Shown here: one piece after another, positions 1 to 13,245 of the stretch | How positions within the stretch are numbered: the first letter of the stretch is position 1 | Layout: each line of letters begins with the position of its first letter | Origin: Chara braunii | Lineage: Eukaryota > Plantae > Charophyceae | Assembly (NCBI GenBank): GCA_003427395.1 | Contig: BFEA01000012.1 | Location: forward strand, 2,329,836-2,393,793 | Length of the DNA: 63,958 bases | Direction: 5' to 3' | Position numbers and translations under genes: made by a program | Notes under the pieces: model-generated | What the model was told of the DNA's origin: nothing | Seen by the model: the letters and a program-made list of their open reading frames with translations, nothing else | The model's database searches: none

Positions 1-1399
1 CCCCCGCTTCGGCTGCAGCGTAGCTGCGGCGCGTCCACTTGTTGTTGTTATTATTGTCGTTGTCATTGTTGGTTTTGATTATTAATGCTTGGTTCTTGGT
101 TTCGAAGGTCCTTTTTCTTATACCTCCTGTTTTAGCCAATCATCCATACCCCTCACGAAGGTCAGAACAACTGTTGATAATTCGGTCTGGTAGTCTGGTA
201 ATGATTTGCAGGTTGATAACTATCCCTTCCCTCCTACTGAGATAGACCGCTTCTGAACCCTGTGATAATACCCTGCCCGCCATGAGCCAGGGTATGGCAC
301 CCTAATCAGCACACTCCCCATGAGGATGCCCATTGCCCTCCTTGATGGTGCCTTCACGGAGTGGTGGTCCCCGTAGGGTGGACCAAGCCCTCTAATCCCT
401 TACCACTTCCCTGCACCCAAGACCCAGAGTAGGGCATACCCCCAATCTGCCACTACTCCCCTGAAACAGATATCTGCCTCCATGATGATGCCTCGCAGGG
501 CAGTGGTCCCCAAGCGGTCCCCTCCGAACTATCCCCCTTGCCGCTACCCCTCTCACCCCAGAGAAGGACACTATCCCCCAGCTAATCCACTCCTATGATC
601 CCTGAACAATCCCTGTTTTGGTAAATCCTCATTGACCAGTGTTCCCTGATCTGCGCTGAACCCCTAGCCCATCTAGGTCTCATCTGAGTAATCTCCCATT
701 CCGCACAGCAGCATTGGATGGTGTTGGTTAGGGCCTCTCTGCACCACCTTCAACAAGGGTTTTGAGAGCTGAGGCATGACCACACAACCTCAGGCTGTCG
801 AAACTGACCAAATCTTTTTTTGAGGGTGTCAGGAAATGTTTTTATTGTTCTGGAGTCCTCAAGCCTGCACAGCAGCCCTTGTTTCAGAAGTGCTGAGCTG
901 TCCTCTCACCTTAAACCACCAGTACTTCTGAAACACTTTCTTGCGGGGGCTGGAACGCCTTGCAAGCCAACAAAAAAAAATGAACCAACGCACGCCTCCT
1001 TCTTTGGCTGGTACCGCTAGGCATTGGCTCCGGAGGCCGAGCCCCGAAAGTTGCCGCAGCGTGCAAGCCGCAACTCTGAAAAAGTAGCTGGGAAACGTAC
1101 TGGTGGTTCCATAGTAGCACCCAGAAGGGTATGTCAGTCCGTCTAGGGACTTCTGTTTCTTCCCAACAAGCCTTTGGAAGCTTGCCACCTAAACCACACA
1201 GTACGTTTCACAGAAAACTTGTTTTGACGCGGCTGTGCACTGGCCCTGACTTTCAGGGCTTGGCCTGCCGGATTAGAAGGCTGTGCACACCAGCCAAGCA
1301 AATAGAATTTTGTGCCTGCCCCAGTTTGGTGATGAGGTGGTGGTGGTTGAGTAGGCACACTTTCAGCAGCAGCAGCTAGGATGCAGGCCATCACCCCTT

Positions 1400-3050
1400 G
1401 CAGCCTCTTTGACAACATTTGTGTTTTGCCTGTTGCTGCTGGCCTGGTTTCCAGCTGAATTGCAGTATCCACATCTCATTCAGGAGCTGCCATTTGCGTA
1501 GCAATAACAAGGGAAGGCGATCCAGCTGCATATGGCACTGTGGAGGGCTGGTGCTGCCCGTATCCAGGATTGACGTTCGGAAGTGGGTGAGGGCCCACTG
1601 CGTGTGGCTCTGTGGAGGGCTGATGCTGCTTCTGCACAGAGTTAACATTCCGCAGTGGGTGAGCAATTGACCAGCGCGCCATGCGCGGCGAAACCAGTTC
1701 ATAAGCCAGGTGAAATGAGTGGGTAGCCAGTGCTGCTGGCCATGCACGTATGCAGTCCAACCTCTGGCCAGGACACAACGAGGATGACCCCTGACAACCA
1801 TACGTTGTGTCAAGGAAGGCATTGCAGCTTTGATGTCGATATCGGTCTGTTTGATAAGGTGGATATCATTGTTACCAATATGCTCAAGTGGTATCAGCTG
1901 TGTCGTGAGTACACTTGCGAACTGACGATCTAGGCACTTGAAGGAAGCACTGGGATAGCGTATGACGGGAAATGTCCAAACCTCAGCCTTATCAAACAGA
2001 CGAATGCGAAGTGAGCTGTCTGGCTGAATCAAGATTCTTGTCCCAAGGAAGTGACATCACCATCTTGCTCAGTAGTGTCTTTCCACTCAAGACCATCATA
2101 TTGAGGCGAGCGTGCGAAGATTTCTTCCTAGATAGGATGTCATCAATGAAGGATGTGTGAATGCATACGCTCGAGTTTCACGTAGGTCTTGCTGACGAAG
2201 TTGAATTGTGCCTTGTCCCGATTGAAGCCTTGGATTGGAAATTTGTTGTCCAACGTGCCATAGGTGTCCATAGGGATGCCAACCACCTGATGGCGCAAAG
2301 TGCCATGGATGCTGACCACCTGATGGCGCAAAGTGTCATCCCCTGTATAGAGATAAGTGTTAGAGACCAGAAAACGTAGGTGCTGTTCTATATTTGACAC
2401 TAAGAGAGTGTCAAAGCGATGTTGTTCATGAAGCACACGATTTTGCGTTGGCACGGCTTCCCCAGCACAGGAGGCCAGTACACGTGTACATGACTGTAGG
2501 AGGTCCTCATTGCTGGGAGTGGGTTACGTCAGAACCCACTCCCAGCAATGAGGACCTCCTGCAGTCATGTACACGTGTACTGGCCTCCTGTGCTGTCATA
2601 ACCCACTCCCATCAATGAGGATCACCTGCAGTCATGTACACGTGTACAGGCCTCCTGTGCTGGGGAAGGAGTGCCATATCGCGTGCTTCATGAACAACAT
2701 TTAGCACATTGTTAAGGATCCTGTCTTTGGCGCAGTGACTTGATCATGCCTTGAAGAGCATAGCTTAGCGAGCCAGAGGGCATTGTTATACTTGCAAGAG
2801 GTTCATAAGGAAGCCCGTTTTGCACGTCCAAGACTGAAGGGCAGCAAGTCATTGAGCGAGCTGCAGATTGGGAAAGATTCTTTTCCTGAGTGAGTCCAAC
2901 ATTGGATGAAGAGCCAGTGGGATTTGTGTGCTTTGAGTGCGAAGGAGAGATGGGGCAAGGTGTCAGTATATGCCAATAGCCCCAATACTGATTAAAATTG
3001 CTGTTGTAGTTGTCGAACAGATGCGCTGGCAGGTAGTGAGGCATCTTAAG
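1400..3050 (-). mobile_element. Degenerate Penelope-like element (PLE) reverse transcriptase
   Basis: Ordered RT motifs across frameshifts: LPHL..ALKAHK..LFI (~2900-2960), LRFLVSNTY..GD..LRHQVVGIPM (2270-2385), FIDD (2139-2150), YDGLEW, thumb LFDK..FPVIRYP...VLTTQL...RGHP. Confidence 0.75.
2420..2699. repeat. Fold-back inverted duplication inside the PLE RT
   Basis: ~62-bp near-perfect palindrome 2464-2525/2532-2594; outer inverted arms tgttgttcatgaagc at 2420 and 2685-2699. Confidence 0.85.
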
Positions 3051-3686
3051 TAGATTACTGGTACTTGGAACTGATAGAATTGCAGACTGTCAGCATCTAC
3101 TAACTTCTTGTTGCGTACTGATCTCATGTTTGCGCTAAATTGGGAAATATACTCGTCCAGATCCGTTCTCAGGGCTTACATAACCTCCATGATGCTGGAA
3201 TGATGGCGGTACTCCGAGCCTTCTGTGTTTGTGTGTGTGTGCGGTCACAAGATCATATAATGTCAGTGCCAAATCGCCATTTAGGCCACACAAGCGATAA
3301 AAAAATGAGTGTGCAAGGCCAGCTACATTCGTGTTGTTGAACAAGATCCCTCCAGAAGCCAGAAGTGCTAAGAGGATGAAGCGTGCAAGGGGGGTGGTGA
3401 CAATGGTGTGGTTGAGTGCCAGGTACCCACACACCTTCACCCGAAAGGCGCACTTGCACATTGCTAAAGCAAAAGGGGCGGGCAAGAAGGAACGGACCAT
3501 TCTGAAAGAAAACAAAAAATACTGCAAAAAAAAGGTTTGACTGTCCCCTTCCATGCTAACATTGGCAGAGAAAACACTATGCATGGACGGGAGGTCCATC
3601 CGGCGCCAGGAGCTCAACCAACCATAGCCTTCCCACCCCTCACGTGAATCTCACTTGTTTTGAGCCTGTTCACAAACGCTCCACAA

Positions 3687-3721
<35 letters not shown>

Positions 3722-4919
3722 CGTGTTGTCATATTCGCTATANNNNNNNNNNNNNNNNNNNNNNNNNNNNNNNNNNNNNNNNNNNNNNNNNNNNNNNNNN
3801 NNNNNNNNNNNNNNNNNNNNNNNNNNNNNNNNNNNNNNNNNNNNNNNNNNNNNNNNNNNNNNNNNNNNNNNNNNNNNNNNNNNNNNNNNNNNNNNNNNNN
3901 NNNNNNNNNNNNNNNNNNNNNNNNNNNNNNNNNNNNNNNNNNNNNNNNNNNNNNNNNNNNNNNNNNNNNNNNNNNNNNNNNNNNNNNNNNNNNNNNNNNN
4001 NNNNNNNNNNNNNNNNNNNNNNNNNNNNNNNNNNNNNNNNNNNNNNNNNNNNNNNNNNNNNNNNNNNNNNNNNNNNNNNNNNNNNNNNNNNNNNNNNNNN
4101 NNNNNNNNNNNNNNNNNNNNNNNNNNNNNNNNNNNNNNNNNNNNNNNNNNNNNNNNNNNNNNNNNNNNNNNNNNNNNNNNNNNNNNNNNNNNNNNNNNNN
4201 NNNNNNNNNNNNNNNNNNNNNNNNNNNNNNNNNNNNNNNNNNNNNNNNNNNNNNNNNNNNNNNNNNNNNNNNNNNNNNNNNNNNNNNNNNNNNNNNNNNN
4301 NNNNNNNNNNNNNNNNNNNNNNNNNNNNNNNNNNNNNNNNNNNNNNNNNNNNNNNNNNNNNNNNNNNNNNNNNNNNNNNNNNNNNNNNNNNNNNNNNNNN
4401 NNNNNNNNNNNNNNNNNNNNNNNNNNNNNNNNNNNNNNNNNNNNNNNNNNNNNNNNNNNNNNNNNNNNNNNNNNNNNNNCATCGGATGGAGGACGGACGT
4501 ACAGCGACCAAACTACCAGGAAGTATATAAAAATGCAGCCTGGTCAGTACCACAAATAAGACACTCAGGAACACTCGTAACCATACCTCACACATCACAT
4601 TGCAATATGGGACAAGAAACACACTCAGGAACACTCTCAACTACACCTCCCGCAGCACAATCCAAGGTGTCACAGCACCGGCACAGACACAGACAGACAC
4701 ACACAGAACAGACACAACAGCATAATGCAACACGCAGATAGATTGTAAGCGACAGTCAACAGTGTCACAGTAACAACATTATAATAGATAACTCGTTCAG
4801 TGCTCCATTAAAAACAGGACAGGACTGACAGAAGGCTGGGGCCGCTCATCGCCTAGCCCCCTCGAGAATACTGAAATTTCAAGCTCGCATCACTCGCATT
4901 GTTTACATTGTACTCCACA

Positions 4920-5022
4920 GGGACGCTGGACCCGATTTCCAGCAGGTGCAGCTCCTCACCAATAGCTGGAGCCTCCCGGACAGTGCTAGTGGTGCCTGCT
5001 CTTATCAGCACCGCTAGGAGCC
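4920..5022 (+). repeat. LINE 3'-end motif copy (others at 8487-8547 -, 21059-21080 +, 36950-37063 +, 57830-57935 -)
   Basis: GGGACGCTGGACCCGATTTCCAGC...GCTCC...AATAGCTGGAGC...TAGTGGTGCCTGCTCTTATCAGCACCGCTA. Confidence 0.65.
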
Positions 5023-5769
5023 GATCGGGCAGTGTGGTTTAGCGCCAAGTGCCCACACACGCGTCTGCCGCCGAAGCGGCACACTTGCACAAATACATAC
5101 ATGCATACATTTATTTAGTCCATAAGACGGTGGACGGCAAGATGTGACTTACCTAAAGGCTAAAACACAGGATTCACCGGCAAGAAAGCTCCGACCACAC
5201 ACAGGATTCACCAGCAAGAAAGCTCCGACCCCATTCTCCAAAGATGCGAAAAACCTGGAGAGCCCTTGACGCCGGCCCGCACAATTATTAAGATAAAGGC
5301 AAAAGACAACATACCTAACCCAGAAGGCTTCACCAGCAAGAAAGCGCCGACCAGAGCTCACATATTTCGAAAAACAATTGGGGAGCCCTCAGAGTAGCCC
5401 ACACAAAAAGCAGCACTGGCACTCTACACTCACTCCACTGCCATCTCTATCACTCCATGACTAATATGCCAAAATCCACAGGATCTCTGTGCGACACCAG
5501 GAGCCTAGAAGCTGCCCCATTCTTCCATGTGCTCCGAAAAAGCAGCCCGCGGGAATGATACCCACAGCAAACTCTCTCTGAGCCTCCTTGCAGAGGTATT
5601 ATGGACAAAACCCCAAACACCCACCCCCCAAAAAGCTCGTGGCCACCCACAAACATCACATCATTAACAAAACAGCCCATGCTGCAAAGCAGGGCAAAGA
5701 ATCAGGCCATGTATAAAAACAAACCCTGGCGTGTGTGTTGTCATATTCGCTATACACTCAAAAAATGCA

Positions 5770-5813
5770 TGACTGTGCCTGACTGTTTCGTCGGATTTTC
5801 ACCGACTCATCGG
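5770..5813 (-). ncRNA. Hammerhead-like core next to (CA)n
   Basis: RC: CCGATGA-GTCGG-TGAAAAT-CCGAC-GAAA-CAGTC; perfect 5-bp stem II, core U4 changed to C. Confidence 0.5.
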
Positions 5814-6651
5814 GTGTGTGTGTGTGTGCACGCTCACATGTTCGTGTGTTTGTGAGGGTGTGATTTCGAACCTCTTGAAGACGAAAACAGTTACAACAAA
5901 CCAAGAGCAAGATTGCCTGAACAGTGAATACATGTGTTTGAAAGGAACGTGTTGTGCCCACACATGCCCACGGAACAGTACTCTGGATTTGTGTGCGTCC
6001 ATTTGGCACACATAACGTGTATCTCCTTAGTCACAACCGCTCCCCCTATATCGTTTCTGACTTTGGAGACATTGTACTCTGAATTGAAGAAGAATTGGCA
6101 CAATATCTGTTTCTATGATCGAAGTGTTGTAAAACCCCAGTTGGCATAATCCACTGGACGGATGTGCGGTCTAGCGCTGGCATAGAGATGGAAGTGCGTG
6201 CGACGGAGGGGACGCTGATGTGTGCGCGCGCTTCGCGTGTGCTGATGCTGCTGTGGGTGCACGTTTCCGGGGGAGCGCCCGACTGCGACTGGCGGGCGTG
6301 TTTGCCTGAAGTGTGAGCGAGCGAAGCAGGCAGGGTGTGCGGGTCAACCTGGCTGAATGGACGCAGGCCTCTTCTACAGCCTGCTGCCGTGGCTGGTGGA
6401 CGTGCGGGAGCTTCCGGGGATGCACGTGTGAGCTGCTGGAGCGTGAGCCACACTGCCACCTCAGCACTAACGTGGCATCCACGTCTTCTGGATCTGGAGC
6501 AGTGTCTGGCGAGTGGCAAGAAGGCTAATTCAACAGAGGTTATGAGACAGATTTTGGAAGGCGGCAACGGCTTTAACCACACACACTCGTTACCCCCTGA
6601 CTTTTGAAAGCACTTGCGTGCATCTCTCTGTTCCGCACTTCATCCGAGTCA

Positions 6652-6742
6652 GACATCTGCTAAAATTGGAACGATACAGAGAAAATTAGCATGGCCCCTG
6701 CGCTTTCAAGGATGACACGCATAAGTCGAGAAATGGTCCAAA
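6652..6742 (+). pseudogene. U6 snRNA retrocopy with A-rich tail
   Basis: TAAAATTGGAACGATACAGAGA...AGCATGGCCCCTGCGC[TTTC]AAGGATGACACGCATAAGTCGAGAAATGGTCCAA + (A/G) tail to 6765. Confidence 0.92.
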
Positions 6743-6959
6743 AAAGAAAAGAAAAGAAAAAGAAACATCTTGTCTGTGCTTCATCATGATCATCATAGGG
6801 GTGGGATAGAGAACAGGAAGGGGCAGGGAGGGGGATAATGGTATTTTTTGAATACCTAAAATTTTAAATTTCTACATACAATTAAGTAATTAATTCCTGT
6901 CCTGTATTTCCAAATTTATTTCACATCATAGGTTTCCTCTTAATTTATCAGTCGTATTA

Positions 6960-8000
6960 CCTACATCTCTGATAATACTCCAGTTCATATTTATGTTTCC
7001 TCTCCCGTGGGTATGCAATTTCTTGATGATTTTTGATTGGATGATTATGGAGGGGGGGAGCTCTGCTCTGCAGGGTGTCACAAGGTGGGTAGTGTAGGCC
7101 TTGACGAGAGTATGCGCGGAGTTGTGAGGGATACTCTATTCTGGGGCTGGAGATCAACTCCAGCGGCGGGGGCAGATTAGCATCAGGCATGGGGTTTGTC
7201 CACCATACTGTGATGGGCAACCTCATGCCCAATACTTCTTTCCAGTCAAAAAAAAAAGAAAAAAAAGTGTAACGGAGAGACAGAGGCATACATTGGGTGG
7301 GCATTGGATGCCTCTGGGGCTGGAAGGGAGGAGAGTGGAGACTGTTCCCAGTTGGGGCCGACAGGGTTGTTTACATTATGAATAGCTTTTTTGGAGGAGG
7401 GAATGACGGGACAAGGAGGGAAGGAGGAGCGAGGGCCGACCTACTGCGTTGTAATCTCCCGCAATGACTGTGCCACTTGGCGCCAAGTAAACTCTCCTCC
7501 TCAAACAGTAGATGGAGATTAAAGCATGATAATCCTCCACTTTCCTCCACAACGCGATGCCAGTGGTGGACAATCAGCGGTGCCAGGGGGATTGTAGTTA
7601 CATCCATCAGCCCATCCACAACTACTATCGTTGCTTCCGTAGTGGAAAAAGTAAACCACGAAGCATCGGATTACACTCCCCTGTAGACAGTTGTTCGATG
7701 CGGTTGTTGTTGTATGCACGCAATTCGGGATACAGGACTTCAGAGATGGTCGAACCGGGCCGATATCTGCAGAGTTGCTTTGTTCTGAGCCTCTGGTTTG
7801 CCGATGCCAGAACGACGCTGGCTGGAGCTGGGGCGTTGCTGTGCAACCTGCGAATGGCAGGAAAGTGAGGCCCTGTAGAGCGGTCTGGGAATTTGCTGAG
7901 GGCGGAAGCAATCCAGTGGCGAACTGGGGGCGGCTGCCTTGACAACCTATGGGTCCAGCGTTAGTCTAGGTGCCGAGAACAAGTTAGTTATGGTTGACGT
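6960..8000 (-). mobile_element. Decayed LINE apurinic-endonuclease remnant
   Basis: LISIY...VIAGDYNA (GDFN motif, ~7448-7470) followed by SPRIEY (SRID-like, ~7135-7150). Confidence 0.45.
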
Positions 8001-8157
8001 TCGCTATGATGGCATCGTTTCTGAGATGTAATGTCCTGGTACGGGGAAGGCTGGGAGTTGTTGTAGAATTAGGAGGCCAGATTTGCTGATACAGCATACA
8101 CACTAATCTCCATCATCATTATCATCATGATATATATATATATATATATATATATAT

Positions 8158-8442
8158 CGTCACAAACAGAACTGCCCGGTAAACCGTAGGCAGAGAGAGA
8201 GAAGAGGACAACAAACGAGAGGCTGTGACAAACTGTTTCGTCGGAGTTTCACCGACTCATCAGGAGGCTGATATATATATATATATATATATAGTTTGTT
8301 ACAGCCCCTCATTTGTTGTCCTCTTCTCCCTCTCTGCCTACAGTTTACCGGGCAGCTCTATTTGACGATATATATATATATATATCGTCACAAATAGAAC
8401 TGCCCGGTAAACCGTAGGCAGAGAGGGAGAAGAGGACAACAA
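8158..8442. mobile_element. ~115-nt hammerhead-bearing element copies embedded in (AT)n
   Basis: RC of 8222-8270: CTGATGA-GTCGG-TGAAACT-CCGAC-GAAACAGTTTGTC; partial copies at 8293-8370 (+) and 8386-8442 (-), separated by (AT)n. Confidence 0.65.
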
Positions 8443-9036
8443 TATATATATATATATATATTTTTTTTTTTTCTTTCTTTCTGGGGACAATGCTCCAATC
8501 TATTCGTGGGGAGCTGCACGTGCTGGGACCTGGGCCCAGCGTCCCATTAGAAACATATTTGAGAATACATACAAAAAAACTTGAGATCCCGGTGCCAGCT
8601 TTGGCTGAGAATAGGATCATGAGCAATTAGTAGCCTATTAGACAAAGGATCTCATGAGATAGGCTAAAATTCAGAAAAAGTCTGAAAAACTATGAGAAGT
8701 TTCTTTCTGAACTGTTTGAGGGGACTATACGATTTTCGAACAAGCTGTGAAAATTAACCACCCTCCCACTTCCCTACAACTATACGATTTTCGAACAAGC
8801 TGTGAAAATTAACCACCCTCCCACTTCCCTACAACCCTCTACTCTTCATCATCTGTCATTATCTCGCAGTTTTCATCGAATCAACAGCATGTTTGGTTCG
8901 GTCACTCCGGGTAGACTGTAAGGACCCCGGCCTCAATCTTCTTATTGGTAATATCAGCCTTGGGCACTGGGCCCATTTTATAAAAGAAAAACTAGGAAGA
9001 TTCTTATGACCGGCCGGTCACCCGGGCATGATGCCC

Positions 9037-9079
<43 letters not shown>

Positions 9080-10195
9080 CTGTGGGGGGTGGGGGGGCAA
9101 CCCCACCCCCACCAATCAATCAATCAATCAATCAATCAANNNNNNNNNNNNNNNNNNNNNNNNNNNNNNNNNNNNNNNNNNNNNNNNNNNNNNNNNNNNN
9201 NNNNNNNNNNNNNNNNNNNNNNNNNNNNNNNNNNNNNNNNNNNNNNNNNNNNNNNNNNNNNNNNNNNNNNNNNNTTTTTTTTGTAAATACCATCACTCAC
9301 CCAACCCCCCCCACATAAAAATTAGTTTTTTTTTTTGTTGTTTGAGGGGGTGGGGCTGGGGATGCGCCGCCCCATGGCGCTTTCCAAATCCCCAACCCCC
9401 CTCCCCACCGGCTGCCACGCGTCCGTGAAGTGGCGCGTCAGGCGGACGCATCCGCGGGGGTCGCGGACTCGGCCGCGACCGCAGATCGGCCGCGCTTGTC
9501 TGCCGCCGAGGGTGTTTCATAGCCGGGGGGGTCTGACGCCTGGGATACTCGGGCATGGGGAAAAAAATAGGAAAAAAAAAAAATTGGCGGTGGGGGTTTT
9601 CTGCGTTCTCAGAGGAGCCCAAATCCGCACTCTTTTCTCTTTTCGAGTGTTGGCTTTAAACGGGGGTAAGGGGGATATAATTTATTTTTGAAGGTGCTAA
9701 ACGGGTTTAAAAGGGGGGTGCCTTGGTGTGATTCTATTATTTTCTCTTTTATCTTCAGTTCTGTGAGGAATTCTTTTTTTTTTTTTAACCAAAACAACCA
9801 GGAACCAGGTCCGGCGTCCCTTATATTTCGGTGCCAGGAATCAGGCCAGGCATCCCTTACAAAAAAAATTGCGGTCCTGATTTAGTGCGAGACATCACCG
9901 GTCAAGCCCCCCGAAACTGGACCGCTACACACCACAAACCCTAAGCACAAAAATACCACGGAAGAAAACAAATTTCTCTCTCTCTCACTCTATATATATA
10001 TACATATGTATATCTATTTGTATATATATATATATCTATATAGCTATCTATGTATCTATCTATGTATCTATCTATCTATATTCCAACCTAAGTATGCACA
10101 ACACCAGAAAAGGGATTCTAATCAGCAAAAGGAAAAACCAAACAAAGCTAAAGAGGTGGTCCAAAATAAAAGAAAACCTACCCTAGCCCCAGTGT

Positions 10196-10275
<80 letters not shown>

Positions 10276-11690
10276 TATCTGTCTGTTTGGACGAAGCAAA
10301 ATGAGAGGGCTCAATGAATAATCAGTCAGAATGAGCGAAGATCCAGAAAACGAAATTGACATCACGCCCGAAGTAGGAGCTGTAGCAACAGCGAAGAATC
10401 CGGTTCGCAGCTTGAAGCCCGTTGTGATCGACGGTGGGCGATACTGATCACGGCAAGAATTCCTTCTCTCTCCCGGAAATCAACGTTTTATCGATGCCCT
10501 GTCCTTCTCCATCTCCAGCGCATCATCCCTATAGAATCCCATCTCCTCCTCCCACGTTTGCTGCAGGCTGCCCCTGATAATCAAGAGCTGGGTAATCCCC
10601 CAGCACCTCCATATCAGGGACCGAGGGGCAATTCCCCCGATCAGTCTCATCAGGTATGTTGCCGCGTCTAGATTTCGCCAGTCGGTCACCCACACATCAA
10701 CGCCCTGCCCTCCTCAACCCAACTGGATTGCTGACAAACAGTCATTGTGAACCGAAACCGGTGGTGGTCCCAGCAGCGTGGCCCACTAGCGCCCCAGCGC
10801 TCTTCCCTGCGACACCATAGCCTCGCCGACGTCAAGTTTTAGCACCTCAGGTCAACAGTCATCGTCAACCCTAACGCGAGCCCCCAACGCCCAGACGCGA
10901 CCAGGGGTGTCACGTTATCGCTGCGGTGAGCGCTGCGTTACCTATGATGTGACCCTCAGCCAAAAGTTGTTTGCATTGCAATTCTACACAACATTGTTTT
11001 CTTTTCCAGATTTTTTTTTTTGGTCTTTTTTTTCTATGTTTTGGCGCTGGGGCTGCTTGGGACCCTGCCCGGGGCTCATGAAGGCAAAGTATAGCAGCCC
11101 ACCTACACCTGCTCTGAAGGTGGACCAGCCCACCTAAGCAGGATATCTACCTAAGACCATTGGATTTTCCCACCGTTACACGGCAAGACCCACGGATCCA
11201 ACCGTGGCCCTCTCAGCTACCCTGCACACACCTCGGGTGAACAGTGTGTTGTGCTGAGGAAATGTTTAGCCTACCCCGCGGCACGATTTCATCCACAGAG
11301 TGCGGTCACACTCACGGCTTGAGCTGCAGATTTGAGGAGCGGTGGTCATGGAGTCATTTACGCTTCTCATGGGAAGAGTCTGTGCTACGCAAAACAAATC
11401 TGTGACGTCTCATTCTGTACGCTGAAATCCCTGATGGATTCCGAGGCAACCGCAGGACATGAAAGGTTTCGAGCCTTTTATATCACTTACATTTCATCTC
11501 AGGGATTACCAAACTAAGGATTTGATGACTGAATATACATGGCCATAACTGCTCTTCAGATGCATCCAGGAGGAAAGCCTAAGTTCAGTTTATTATAGCC
11601 CATAGGCTTTTAGTCCCTCAGATCTCGTGCTGTGGGAAACCAGAAAGCTGGCGAAGGATTCTTCTTCTTCTTCTTTTTTTTTTTTTTTTT

Positions 11691-11783
11691 AATTGCACCA
11701 TTTCTCAATTTATGCACGTCATCCTTTTGCGCATGGGCCATGCTAATCTTCTTCCTCTGTATCGTTCCAATTTTACCAGGTGT
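11691..11783 (-). pseudogene. U6 snRNA retrocopy with poly(A)
   Basis: RC TAAAATTGGAACGATACAGAGGAAGAAGATTAGCATGG...GAGAAATGGTGCAATT + A tail. Confidence 0.9.
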
Positions 11784-11896
11784 GGAAAGAACAACAATGT
11801 CGCAACTTGAAGCGTCTGACTCTTCGCAAGTGTGCACAGAGCGCATAGTGCTGCCGATCCTATACAGTGCACAAGGTAACAACTCAGCCTTCTGAC

Positions 11897-12228
11897 GCTG
11901 GTCGGAGCTGGGGCGAGTTGTGTTGCCCTGTAACCCAGCAGGGTGGGGGCGTGAGGCCTGGAAGAGCTCAGCAGGGAGTAAGACGGTCTTAGAAGGGCTT
12001 GTTAGGGAACCCAAATGTCCTCAGCAGGGTAGTGAGCATTCGTAGGACTCTGTTTCACAGTTTGTTCTCAGCCGAAGCCGGGTAATGGCCCCGGTACCCC
12101 AAATGTCCTCAAAAGACGCCAAATTTTCTCAATGATCTGTATAATTCGATATGCGACGCTGGGCCCGGTTCCCAGCACGTGCTGCTCCCCACGAATACAC
12201 TGGAGCATTTGTTCAAAAAAAAAAAAAA
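11897..12228 (+). mobile_element. 5'-truncated non-LTR retroposon (LINE 3' end) with poly(A) and 19-bp TSD
   Basis: TSD AACAACTCAGCCTTCTGAC at 11878-11896 and 12229-12247; ends GACGCTGGGCCCGGTTCCCAGC...GCTCC...GGAGC-(A)n. Confidence 0.85.
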
Positions 12229-12546
12229 AACAACTCAGCCTTCTGACAAGCTTCGCCTATCGTTCTCAGGCATGCCCGTTGATCTGCTTTGTACATTCCA
12301 GCTCTTGTGCTGTTTCAGTGATTTAACCGATGCGCTCTGTGCACTACATGTCCTCCGAAAGTCTCAGCCCTTGGCCGTTCCCAATGCTGCACTGCACTTG
12401 GTAAAAGCTCGGACTGCAAGTGACGTAACCGATGCACTCTGTGTAACGTTGGCACTGATATTGGCAGGAAGAAAGAAGGACATGTAGTACACAGAGCGCA
12501 TCGGTTCTTTNNNNNNNNNNNNNNNNNNNNNNNNNNNNNNNNNNNN

Positions 12547-12631
12547 TTTATGCATGTCATCCTTGCGCAGGGGCCATTTGCTAATTTACCCTTCTCTGTA
12601 TCGTTCCAATTTTAACGGATGTCCCGGAGGA

Positions 12632-12632
<1 letters not shown>
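12547..12632 (-). pseudogene. U6 snRNA copy (3' end runs into an N gap)
   Basis: RC GTCCTCCGGGACATCCGTTAAAATTGGAACGATACAGAGAAGGGTAAATTAGCAAATGGCCCCTGCGCAAGGATGAC. Confidence 0.9.
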
Positions 12633-12693
<61 letters not shown>

Positions 12694-13119
12694 CAATCAT
12701 CATTGGGACCACAACCCTGTGAATCTAGACCTTGCAATGTCAAACATTAACCGTGAGAGTGGGTTAGGGAAAAACTTGAAAAGGAAAAAAAGAGAAACAG
12801 AGCGCTCTGCAAAACTGGTTCCTGAGACAGGTATGATTTCCAAGTAGCTTTGGTGGCTCAGGGATTTAACTGTTAATATACTTCAGCAATTCAAACTTTG
12901 CATGCATCAAAAGCATCATAATTTTGATGTAGAGAATGCTCTTTCGTTCCGACATTTCTCTTAAGCTCATGCAGATCGAGCTTCTTCATTGCAGGGGATC
13001 TATTGAATAAGGTGAACTAAAAAGATTAGTGGAATGAATTTACTATTGATTGCATATGATGGTTAAAAAAAATAAGCAAAAAATATTTAATACAAATTCA
13101 TAAGTAAGAAAAAACATCT

Positions 13120-13245
13120 AGCCTCCTGATGAGTCAGTGAAACTCCAACAAAACAGTTCGTCTTCGTCACAGCCCCCTCGTTTGTTGTCCTCTTCTCCCT
13201 TTTGTCCCTCTCTGCCTACCGTTTACCAGGCAGCTCTGTTTGACT
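13120..13245 (+). mobile_element. Further copy of the hammerhead-bearing ~115-nt element
   Basis: CTGATGAGTCAGTGAAACTCCAACAAAAC (CpG-type decay of the 8222-8270 motif) followed by the same gtcacagcc...tgcctaccgtttaccaggcag body. Confidence 0.65.

Noticed and set aside
3644-4741. Long ORFs spanning N runs (also at 9006, 42015 and 59533)
   Set aside because: Artefacts of assembly gaps and dinucleotide microsatellites.
10600-10660. Hammerhead at RC CTGATGAGACTGATC (also 14580-14640)
   Set aside because: No GAAA after the stem; more likely a duplicated TE coding relic (VPDETDRGNCPSV).
10731-10766. Hammerhead-like CTGACAA...GAAACCGGT
   Set aside because: No stem I or stem II and no NUH triplet.
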